Sequence record: PZ296772.1
Direction: 5' to 3' (one strand)
DNA length: 64,000 nt
Source: a phage
Below are positions 56,776-64,000 of this stretch, piece by piece. Position 1 is the first letter of the stretch. Each line of letters begins with the position of its first letter. The notes beneath the pieces are model-generated. The model was not told the DNA's origin, did no database searches, and worked only from the letters and a program-made list of their open reading frames with translations. Both the position numbers and the translations under genes were made by a program.

Positions 56776-56814
56776 GTTTACAATAAGATAGGACTATGTT
56801 ATAGTAGTCCTATC
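56776..56814 (+). promoter_or_regulatory. early promoter with palindromic stem-loop cassette
   Basis: GTTTAC, 18 nt, TATAGT; inverted repeat GATAGGACTA / TAGTCCTATC identical to 49843-49870. Confidence 0.65.
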
Positions 56815-56833
56815 AAATTAAATGGAGTCCGCA

Positions 56834-57073
56834 ATGATTTATTACGAAAGTATCGGAACCAAAGTGGTTGGTAAAACCATTACTCGTGAAAAGTTTGCAA
56901 AGATATTCGATATGCGTTATAAAAAATCTGAACACAAAGGCATCCGATTCGAAGATGCGCACTGTGCAATTTGCCCTTATAATGAAGACGTAAATGGTAC
57001 AATCGTTCCATTGGTAGAGGCTTCACATGATGACCTCTGGGATGAATATAATATCGCATGTCGTGAAATTTAA
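56834..57073 (+). CDS. hypothetical protein
   Basis: ORF 56822..57073 trimmed to ATG after GGAG; early promoter upstream; CAIC Cys pair. Confidence 0.5.
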   Translation: MIYYESIGTKVVGKTITREKFAKIFDMRYKKSEHKGIRFEDAHCAICPYNEDVNGTIVPLVEASHDDLWDEYNIACREI

Positions 57074-57101
57074 GTTAATGAATTAATCCGAGGAAAATAT
57101 T

Positions 57102-58058
57102 ATGATGTTAGTTATTGGTTCTCGTGCACTTCACTATCATGGTCTTATTGATTCTAGCGCTATCAAAAATAGTGATTGGGACTTTATTGCAGACCAAGGT
57201 TCTTGGAATGCATTCAAAAATCAAATGATGGGTGTATATGTTCATCAAGATAACCCTGATGTCCAAGTTTTCAAATGCTTCCATAATGGACGCGAAACTC
57301 ATTTTGAAGCATATATTGTTCCGGCAATCACTAATGTCCGTGAATTAGTCGGTGAACTCACTCCTGAAGATTTCACGTCTTCTTATGACCTTTTAAAATA
57401 CGCCAAGAAAAATTTGACTAAAGACCGTTTGACCGGGTTTTACTGGGCAACTCCTGAGATATGTCTTGCAATTAAAATGTCTCATCGTTTCAAGAAAAAT
57501 AATCCATTCTTTTTAAAGACTATGAACCATATTCAGTATCTTCGCGGTAAAGGTGTTACACTGAACGATGAACTTACTGAAATTATGCTGAAACGCCAGA
57601 AAGAAACTTTGAACTATGCTCACCCGGTTCTTGACACTTCTAAAAGTGCGTTCTTTAAAGATGACATCTATACATATGACCATGATACTATTCATGAAGC
57701 CATTGCACTAACTGACCAGCCTGCTTATAAGTTTTATATGAAAGAAGGCTCAGAAGTTATGACATCACGCGAGAAGTTCGAATCATTACCAGAAATGGTT
57801 AAATTAGCCGGTGTATATGAAGAAGCTTGTGTATTAGCTCTTGAACGTTCACAGATTCCTAACGACTTTAAAATCCATCCGAGTGATAGTTTTATGATGG
57901 CCCTTGAAAAGGTCTGTACATCAATCACATCAGGATGGTTCCGTGAGTTCGCTTGGGAAAATTATAGCAAAGTAGTAAGTATGTACCAAAGCTTAGGACA
58001 TGACGATTACGTCAAGCGTTTCAAACAAAACTTTCATATGGTAAAACCTTTCAAATAA
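57102..58058 (+). CDS. hypothetical protein, possible nucleotidyltransferase-like N-terminus
   Basis: 318 aa; GAGG SD; N-terminal GS..(x17)..DWD pattern loosely like the pol-beta NTase signature. Confidence 0.5.
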   Translation: MMLVIGSRALHYHGLIDSSAIKNSDWDFIADQGSWNAFKNQMMGVYVHQDNPDVQVFKCFHNGRETHFEAYIVPAITNVRELVGELTPEDFTSSYDLLKYAKKNLTKDRLTGFYWATPEICLAIKMSHRFKKNNPFFLKTMNHIQYLRGKGVTLNDELTEIMLKRQKETLNYAHPVLDTSKSAFFKDDIYTYDHDTIHEAIALTDQPAYKFYMKEGSEVMTSREKFESLPEMVKLAGVYEEACVLALERSQIPNDFKIHPSDSFMMALEKVCTSITSGWFREFAWENYSKVVSMYQSLGHDDYVKRFKQNFHMVKPFK

Positions 58059-58070
58059 TTTCACAAAACA

Positions 58071-58100
58071 GTTTACAAGGTCTGTAGTTGTTGATACTAT
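58071..58100 (+). promoter_or_regulatory. early promoter (sigma70-type)
   Basis: GTTTAC, 18 nt, TACTAT; leader 58103-58135 near-identical to 50192-50226. Confidence 0.65.
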
Positions 58101-58138
58101 AGACCTATCAAAACAAATGAGTGAATGGAGATATAAAA

Positions 58139-58339
58139 ATGACTACTTTGAATAAACGTTTCGGTAAAGCTAAACCTGGTTGTGCAGCAGAACGTCGTTA
58201 TGTTTTCGCTCAGTTAGAAGATGTAGAGTATCAGATTAATCAAGTTCACATTACTGGTATCGAGCCTATGTGTGGCCTTGAAGCTCTTCGTGAAGTTCGT
58301 GATGGGTATCGTCGTGACATCGAAGAAATGTCAAAATAA
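58139..58339 (+). CDS. hypothetical small protein
   Basis: ORF 58121..58339 trimmed to ATG (MTTLNKRF); leader shared with the 50227 gene. Confidence 0.5.
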   Translation: MTTLNKRFGKAKPGCAAERRYVFAQLEDVEYQINQVHITGIEPMCGLEALREVRDGYRRDIEEMSK

Positions 58340-58340
58340 G

Positions 58341-58378
58341 TGTACAAACTGATAGGGCTATGTTATAGTAGTCCTATC
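58341..58378 (+). promoter_or_regulatory. early promoter with palindromic stem-loop cassette
   Basis: TGTACA, 17 nt, TATAGT; inverted repeat GATAGGGCTA / TAGTCCTATC. Confidence 0.6.
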
Positions 58379-58395
58379 AACTTGAGGAGAATATT

Positions 58396-58701
58396 ATGAA
58401 ATTAACAGAAACCAACCGAATCGGTCTTTTTACAATATTTGCATCGCTTTTTTACGCAGCTCTTTCTGTTGCAGTATTACAAAAGGCTTACGATATGGAT
58501 GGTGTTCCTGGTTGTATATTTTTATCACCGTTTTTATTATTCGTCGGAGCTTTGATATTATATGCCACGTCCGGTTTAGACCATAATGTCTGGGTCAATT
58601 ATAAACGTAAATTGTCCGAAGAAGAACACGCAGAAGCTCGTAAAAAAGCTATTGAATCTACCAATCTAGAAAATTTCATTAAAGAATGTCGAGGAAAATA
58701 A
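58396..58701 (+). CDS. small membrane protein with ENFIKECR tail motif
   Basis: 101 aa; GAGGAG SD; two hydrophobic helices. Confidence 0.55.
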   Translation: MKLTETNRIGLFTIFASLFYAALSVAVLQKAYDMDGVPGCIFLSPFLLFVGALILYATSGLDHNVWVNYKRKLSEEEHAEARKKAIESTNLENFIKECRGK

Positions 58702-58702
58702 T

Positions 58703-59389
58703 ATGAATAGTTCTAAAGTGTTTAATAGTCAAGCTCGTGCAGTAGGTGGTTTTGCCGGCGGTATTTCTAATGATAAAATCAAGAACGAGCCTATGTTCTT
58801 CAACTGTAGTTTAGAATTTGCTTATAATAACGGCGGTCCTATTACTCGCTCTTTCATTATGAACTTGCCGGATGATTGGAACACCGACCAGGTTGTATTT
58901 GATTCACGAGTCCACATGCTGATGCCTGGTTGGTATCCTGCAATCCCAGGCTATCACCATGATGACGTACCACGCCCAGATATTCCAGTTGGTCAACACT
59001 TTATTACTGCAGGACAACCTGACTATGACAACCCTCGTTACCATTCTGAACATATTCTTGGTCTTGTTAACGCTGATGTGTGTCCTACTCATTTTGCAAC
59101 AGGAACTGCGGAGTTCAGTCAGATTCCTGATGGCGAACTTATCTATCGCCAGTGGCACAAAGAAGTCCTCGAAAAAATTGAAAAAGGTGAACTAGAGAAA
59201 TGGGAAGCTCCGGACCGTACTCTTCTTCAGTTTGATTGGCAAACATGGCACACTGGTTCTCGTGCAATTAGTAATGGATGGCGTTGGTTCGGACGTGTAT
59301 CTCGTAATACAGACAGAGTTAAAAAGATTACCAATGAAATTCGTGTCAATGCCCAAGTTTATCTGGAATTCCCTATGGAAGGCTGGTAA
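58703..59389 (+). CDS. hypothetical protein
   Basis: 228 aa; His-rich segments (GYHHDD, YHSEH) of unknown significance. Confidence 0.55.
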   Translation: MNSSKVFNSQARAVGGFAGGISNDKIKNEPMFFNCSLEFAYNNGGPITRSFIMNLPDDWNTDQVVFDSRVHMLMPGWYPAIPGYHHDDVPRPDIPVGQHFITAGQPDYDNPRYHSEHILGLVNADVCPTHFATGTAEFSQIPDGELIYRQWHKEVLEKIEKGELEKWEAPDRTLLQFDWQTWHTGSRAISNGWRWFGRVSRNTDRVKKITNEIRVNAQVYLEFPMEGW

Positions 59390-59880
59390 TGATACATAAA
59401 ATTCACTGGGCAAACATGGACGATGGCGATGAAGGTATTTCATATTATTCTATAGATTGGACAGGATGTCCATCCTACTTAGTGAAACATATTTGTCAAG
59501 AATTTAAAATCGACCAGCCAGCAGGTATTATCGTGAACAGATACATTAATGGATATCAACCTATCGATGAAGTAATACGAACAACTCAAGCTGAGCTTGA
59601 AAAGTTTTTCAATAAGTGCCAATGGATAACAGGATGGATTATATTTGTACCGTCTATATGGTTTTTCAGTACTAAGGTGAGTTCTTTCGGTTTTGTTGAT
59701 ACTATTGCTATCTTATTAGCATCTAGTATCATAAGTGTTGTTGGTGGCATCATTGGCGGCGGTACCGCCGCCATCATTATTAATCTTGTTAAAAGTAGTT
59801 TACAAGAACATAAAGACAAGATAAAAGCCAAGAATAATGAAGTTGAACGTTTTATTACCGAATGCAGGAATTTGAGATGA
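59389..59880 (+). CDS. membrane protein with ERFITECR tail motif
   Basis: 163 aa; soluble N-domain then hydrophobic Gly-rich segments. Confidence 0.55.
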   Translation: MIHKIHWANMDDGDEGISYYSIDWTGCPSYLVKHICQEFKIDQPAGIIVNRYINGYQPIDEVIRTTQAELEKFFNKCQWITGWIIFVPSIWFFSTKVSSFGFVDTIAILLASSIISVVGGIIGGGTAAIIINLVKSSLQEHKDKIKAKNNEVERFITECRNLR

Positions 59881-60113
59881 GTATAGCAATTTACATTAAA
59901 TCAGAATCATGTGATTCTTATCTGTATTCCTATGATACCGGAACGTCAGAAGAGAAAATCAAAGAAGATTTAGAAAGCGACTTGGATATGTTCCGACCTA
60001 TTTCTGATTATATGGTCCAAATATCTGATAGTGAAAGTCCGTCAACAGAAACATGTGTTGAAATTATTATACGAGATATCTTTAAACAATCACGGGACCG
60101 AGATGATGAGTAA
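59877..60113 (+). CDS. hypothetical acidic protein
   Basis: ORF 59862..60113 trimmed to ATG overlapping upstream stop. Confidence 0.45.
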   Translation: MSIAIYIKSESCDSYLYSYDTGTSEEKIKEDLESDLDMFRPISDYMVQISDSESPSTETCVEIIIRDIFKQSRDRDDE

Positions 60114-60561
60114 GAAAAATAAAGTGAAAGAACTATCAGCCGGTATTATTTTCCTTACCGAAGATAAAGAATTATTCATGGGGCGTGTAACTGGTTCTCG
60201 TCCTAAAGGTTCTTTAGCTCATCGGTGGGATATTCCTAAAGGTCGTGTCGAGCCCGGTGAATCTCCTATCGAAGCCGCTATTCGTGAATGCGAAGAAGAA
60301 ACTGGGTTTACACAATATGACCCTGCCTTCCTGAAAGACCTAGGTGAACATCATTACTCAGACAATAAGAATATTCATCTGTTCCTATATACCATCCCTG
60401 TAGAGCACGAGCAATTCAGAAACAGTGTTTGTAATTCCTATCATACATTCCCAGATGGACGACAGATTCCTGAATTTGATGCATTCGCTTTAATTAAACC
60501 TTCTCAATGGGAATATGTAATGGGCAAATCATTATATAAGGTGCTCACTACCCTCTTATAA
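60106..60561 (+). CDS. nudE: Nudix hydrolase NudE (e.1)
   Basis: ORF 60031..60561 trimmed to 151 aa; Nudix box GRVEPGESPIEAAIRECEEETG; immediately upstream of e as in T4. Confidence 0.85.
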   Translation: MSKKNKVKELSAGIIFLTEDKELFMGRVTGSRPKGSLAHRWDIPKGRVEPGESPIEAAIRECEEETGFTQYDPAFLKDLGEHHYSDNKNIHLFLYTIPVEHEQFRNSVCNSYHTFPDGRQIPEFDAFALIKPSQWEYVMGKSLYKVLTTLL

Positions 60562-60568
60562 GTAATAA

Positions 60569-60594
60569 ATACCTCCTATAAACGTGGGAGGTAT
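60569..60594 (+). promoter_or_regulatory. RBS-sequestering hairpin upstream of gene e
   Basis: 8 bp stem ATACCTCC / GGAGGTAT; the 3-prime arm is the SD of e; loop contains TATAAACG. Confidence 0.6.
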
Positions 60595-60595
60595 T

Positions 60596-61084
60596 ATGAA
60601 TATATTTGAAATGCTTCGTAATGACGAAGGTCTTAGACTGACTTTATACAAAGACACTGAAGGCTTTTGGACTATTGGCATAGGCCATTTAGTAACAAAG
60701 AACCCGTCTTTAGCCGTAGCTAAAGCTGAACTTGACAGAATGATCGGTCGTAAATGCAACGGTACAATTACACTTGATGAGGCTGAAAAGCTATTTAATG
60801 AAGACGTTGATAAAGCCGTTCGCGGAGTCTTGGGTAATGCTAAACTTAAACCGGTATATGATTCTTTAGATGCGGTTCGTCGATGTGCATTGGTCAATAT
60901 GGTCTTCCAAATGGGTGTAGCAGGCGTCGCCGGTTTTACTAATTCTCTTCGTATGCTTCAACAGAAACGTTGGGACGAGGCGGCAGTAAATCTAGCCCAA
61001 TCTAAATGGTATCGTCAGACACCTAATCGCGCGAAACGCGTAATCTCAACATTTAAAACAGGAACTTGGAAAGCGTATATATGA
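60596..61084 (+). CDS. e: endolysin (T4 lysozyme)
   Basis: ORF 60584..61084 trimmed to MNIFEMLR; catalytic E11/D20/T26 conserved; matches remembered T4 lysozyme. Confidence 0.95.
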   Translation: MNIFEMLRNDEGLRLTLYKDTEGFWTIGIGHLVTKNPSLAVAKAELDRMIGRKCNGTITLDEAEKLFNEDVDKAVRGVLGNAKLKPVYDSLDAVRRCALVNMVFQMGVAGVAGFTNSLRMLQQKRWDEAAVNLAQSKWYRQTPNRAKRVISTFKTGTWKAYI

Positions 61085-61362
61085 AAACATATAGTGAATT
61101 TTTATCAGAATCTATTCTTAGCGAAGCTACTGACACATTTGCAACTAAGCTAGGTGCAGCTTTGGTTGAAGCTGAAAGTCTATTAGCACGTATTTCTGAA
61201 CTTGCTAGTAAGATAGATACTCGCAAATTTGAGCGCACCAGTGATATCGTTAAGCTTGAAGCATTGTTGCGCATGTGTGATAAACCAGAAGAAATCGCTA
61301 AGAACGGTTCGCTGATGAAACAACGTCTTGAAAAATATATTTCAGGCGCTTCAGAAAAATAG
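61081..61362 (+). CDS. internal protein-like with capsid targeting sequence
   Basis: ORF 61066..61362 trimmed to [10 protein letters not shown]; ATG overlaps e stop. Confidence 0.65.
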   Translation: MKTYSEFLSESILSEATDTFATKLGAALVEAESLLARISELASKIDTRKFERTSDIVKLEALLRMCDKPEEIAKNGSLMKQRLEKYISGASEK

Positions 61363-61363
61363 T

Positions 61364-61393
61364 GTTTACTTCCTCCAAGGTCTTTGATACTAT
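61364..61393 (+). promoter_or_regulatory. early promoter for denV
   Basis: GTTTAC, 18 nt, TACTAT; GGAGG SD before denV ATG. Confidence 0.65.
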
Positions 61394-61420
61394 ACATTCA
61401 TCAACTACTTGGAGGAAATT

Positions 61421-61834
61421 ATGACTCGTATCAATTTAACACTTGTTTCTGAACTGGCCGACCAACATCTTATGGCTGAGTATCGTGAATTACCACGCGT
61501 ATTTGGTGCAGTCCGTAAACATGTCCAAAATGGTAAACGTGTAAAGGATTTTAAAATCTCTCCAACATTTATCTTAGGCACAGGTCACGTAACATTCTTT
61601 TACGACAAACTCGAATTTTTACGTTTACGTCAAATCGAGCTAATCGCTGAATGTTTGAAACGCGGTTTCAAAATAAAGGACACGACGGTCCAGGATATTT
61701 CCGACATACCTGCCGAATTTCGTAATAATTATGTCCCGTCCGAAGCGTCCATTGCGATAAGTCAAGCACGCTTAGATGAAAAAATTGCTCAACGTCCGAC
61801 TTGGTACAAATACTATGGTAAATCAATTTACTAA
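61421..61834 (+). CDS. denV: endonuclease V (pyrimidine dimer DNA glycosylase)
   Basis: ORF 61409..61834 trimmed to [29 protein letters not shown]; matches remembered T4 EndoV. Confidence 0.93.
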   Translation: MTRINLTLVSELADQHLMAEYRELPRVFGAVRKHVQNGKRVKDFKISPTFILGTGHVTFFYDKLEFLRLRQIELIAECLKRGFKIKDTTVQDISDIPAEFRNNYVPSEASIAISQARLDEKIAQRPTWYKYYGKSIY

Positions 61835-61840
61835 GGAAAA

Positions 61841-62101
61841 ATGAAAATGTATCAAGAATTTATCTTTGAAGCAGATGCCAAAGGTCCTAAATTTAAAGTT
61901 AAAGCTTTCATTGGTGATGCGGAAGACTTTGGCTCGTTAAAACGTAATGGATATTCTTTCTTAGGTGGCGATGGTAAAGAAATCAACACCTATGCAAAAC
62001 GTAGTGAAATTGCTTATGTTGTAGCAAGCCCTAAAGTAGACGTTGGCGATATTGGATATGATTTTAACAACTTCGGAATTATTTCTGGCGGTAAAGCTTA
62101 A
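61841..62101 (+). CDS. internal protein-like with capsid targeting sequence
   Basis: 86 aa; N-terminus MKMYQEFIFE; AAGGAAA SD. Confidence 0.6.
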   Translation: MKMYQEFIFEADAKGPKFKVKAFIGDAEDFGSLKRNGYSFLGGDGKEINTYAKRSEIAYVVASPKVDVGDIGYDFNNFGIISGGKA

Positions 62102-62104
62102 ACG

Positions 62105-62134
62105 GTTTACGCTTAAGTATTAATATGGTATAAT
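62105..62134 (+). promoter_or_regulatory. early promoter
   Basis: GTTTAC, 18 nt, TATAAT, then GCTCTATCAA. Confidence 0.65.
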
Positions 62135-62164
62135 TGCTCTATCAAAACAAACAAGGAAACAAAA

Positions 62165-62494
62165 ATGAAAACGTATAAAGAATTTATCACTGAAGTTACA
62201 TTATCTGCGGAACAGAAAGCTGCTATCGAAGAAGGTAAAAATCCCAAAGTAACATATAAAGTAAATAGTAAAGGCGTTTTTGATGGTTTGGTTCAAGACC
62301 CTGAATTGAAAAAAGCTCTTTCTAAAACTAATGCGTACTTTGCTCCTAAATTTAACACAGCCGGTGTACTTATTGGATTGGATGTATTCAACTCTAAAGG
62401 TGTTCTATCTAATGCCTTTGGTTATGCCGCTAACAAAATTACCAAAGCTGCATGGGAATCCAATACCAAACAAGCTCAAAAGCCTAGAGTATAA
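62165..62494 (+). CDS. internal protein-like with capsid targeting sequence
   Basis: 109 aa; N-terminus MKTYKEFITE; first 8 codons near-identical at nucleotide level to the 49541 gene. Confidence 0.65.
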   Translation: MKTYKEFITEVTLSAEQKAAIEEGKNPKVTYKVNSKGVFDGLVQDPELKKALSKTNAYFAPKFNTAGVLIGLDVFNSKGVLSNAFGYAANKITKAAWESNTKQAQKPRV

Positions 62495-62666
62495 TTCTTG
62501 CCTAATAAAGGGAAACGCAACCTCTCCTCATGAACGTCGAGTCCTCTGAGTGATGTACCTTTTCCAACCTGTAATAAGGCCGAGCGCAATGCGGTAATGG
62601 GTTTACATAGCGAGTCGAAGGACCTAACATGTGCCACGGAACGGCCCCAACCTTAAGAGAAACTAA

Positions 62667-63206
62667 ATGAGAACATTTTTAACCGGACCTTATCTATCCC
62701 TGATGAATGCTTTTACACACCATTCTGATGCTAGAGTAGAAGAAATTTGTAAGAACGGTTATGTCCCACCATTTGAAGACGTACTCAAGCAGTACTGTAC
62801 ACTTCGTTTAGACGGCGGCAGACAATCAGGTAAATCAATTGCTGTGACTAACTTTGCTGCTAATTGGCTGTATGATGGCGGAACAGTTATTGTTCTTTCT
62901 AATACTTCAGCTTATGCTAAAATTTCTGCCGGCAACATTGAAAAAGAATTTTCTCGTTATTCTAGCGACGATATTCGATTCCGTTTATTTACTGATTCTG
63001 TTCGTAGTTTTATTGGCAATGAAGGTTCTAAATTCCGTGGATTAACGCTTTCTCGTATTCTGTATATAATTGACGAGCCTATTAAAGCTCCTGATATGGA
63101 TAAGATTTACAATGTCCATATTAAAACAGTCCAACACTGTTGCAAAAGCAAATATTGCATCGGCGGTAATGCTCGTCCTCAATTTTTTGTGATTGGAATG
63201 CAATGA
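62667..63206 (+). CDS. hypothetical small P-loop NTPase
   Basis: 179 aa; Walker A GGRQSGKS and Walker B-like LYIIDEP. Confidence 0.55.
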   Translation: MRTFLTGPYLSLMNAFTHHSDARVEEICKNGYVPPFEDVLKQYCTLRLDGGRQSGKSIAVTNFAANWLYDGGTVIVLSNTSAYAKISAGNIEKEFSRYSSDDIRFRLFTDSVRSFIGNEGSKFRGLTLSRILYIIDEPIKAPDMDKIYNVHIKTVQHCCKSKYCIGGNARPQFFVIGMQ

Positions 63207-63511
63207 TGACCACTATTGAAGTTTTTGAATATTGTTATAACAGTCCAGTATGCAATAAAAGGGCTCTTGTAGAAAATTACGAGATTTACCATTTTAAACC
63301 TAAACGATACCGTTTGACTAAAGGACTGTTTGCAGGGCAGCAGGTTCTTTGTACTGCTCCTAATGCACGGTTGATGACTAGTATTCCGCATTTCAAAATG
63401 GAATTTATTGATGGGCCATTTAAGGGATTAATCACTCAAAGTTTAATGGCGTTTAATTCCGACCCGTTTTTGATTAAAGAAAAAACTTGGATAAATTTAT
63501 TTTCTAATTGA
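63203..63511 (+). CDS. hypothetical protein
   Basis: 102 aa ORF overlapping previous stop. Confidence 0.5.
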   Translation: MMTTIEVFEYCYNSPVCNKRALVENYEIYHFKPKRYRLTKGLFAGQQVLCTAPNARLMTSIPHFKMEFIDGPFKGLITQSLMAFNSDPFLIKEKTWINLFSN

Positions 63512-63517
63512 GGTTAT

Positions 63518-63880
63518 ATGAAAGCATATCAAATTCTTGAAGGTGCACATAAAGGCACTATTTATTTTGAAGACGGCACTCAAGCCCGGATTATTGTCTC
63601 TAAGACTTTTAAAGAAGACGCTATTGTAGACCCGGAAATTTTCTACGGTTTGATTGCCCGTGAAATTGAAATTGAACATCAACCTAAAGTTAAAATTGAA
63701 GGTGGTCAACACCTGAACGTTAATGTTCTGCGTCGTGAAACTCTGGAAGATGCAGTTAAGCATCCAGAAAAATATCCGCAGTTGACCATCCGTGTATCCG
63801 GTTATGCAGTTCGCTTTAACTCTCTGACTCCGGAACAGCAGCGCGACGTTATCGCTCGTACCTTTACTGAGAGTCTATAA
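63518..63880 (+). CDS. autonomous glycyl radical cofactor (GrcA/YfiD-like)
   Basis: 120 aa; glycyl radical motif RVSGYAV; C-terminal ~60 aa match remembered E. coli GrcA. Confidence 0.85.
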   Translation: MKAYQILEGAHKGTIYFEDGTQARIIVSKTFKEDAIVDPEIFYGLIAREIEIEHQPKVKIEGGQHLNVNVLRRETLEDAVKHPEKYPQLTIRVSGYAVRFNSLTPEQQRDVIARTFTESL

Positions 63881-64000
63881 TAGCTAAATTGATTATAGAA
63901 GGGTCTGAAGATGTTTTAAAATGTTTTGCCGCCTGGTTTAGTTGCTCAGGCGAGCAATCATTCATTGAAGCATTTAGAATGGGTGATATTACTGGAAACT

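Overview
This window is a segment of a T4-like (T-even, Tequatrovirus-type) myovirus genome, read in reverse orientation to the conventional T4 map. No search or tool was run: calls rest on the ORF track, motifs read directly from the sequence, recalled T4 protein sequences and T4 gene order, and coordinates of short motifs may be off by 1-2 nt. Nt 1-49463 is the conserved late/structural block in T4 order: alt (5-prime truncated at the window edge), baseplate hub genes 54-48-29-28-27-51, 26-25, uvsY, uvsW, inh, hoc, rnlB, head genes 24-23-22-21-68-67-20, tail genes 19-18, terminase 17-16, neck 15-14-13, wac, baseplate wedge 12-11-10-9-8-7-6, 5.4, 5, 53, then 4-2-3-1-57A-57B. Hoc, lysozyme e, DenV, gp1, Rnl2, gp6, gp11 and gp53 match remembered T4 sequences closely. 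Nt 49.5-63.9 kb is a hyperplastic early region between 57B and the e/denV neighbourhood, and this is where the potentially new biology sits. It holds at least 14 strong early promoters built from mosaic, repeated promoter-leader cassettes, two tRNAs, a tRNA-like structured non-coding stretch, six ORFs with an internal-protein capsid-targeting sequence (T4 has three), a family of five proteins sharing a C-terminal E-x-F-I-K-E-C-R tail, three tandem small paralogs ending in G-x-W-V-x-S-S-x-x-C, a PspA-like coiled-coil protein, nudE, e, denV and a GrcA-like glycyl-radical cofactor. No seg or mob homing endonuclease was recognised where T4 carries segD, segE or segB; an early-promoter cassette gene sits between 23 and 24 instead.
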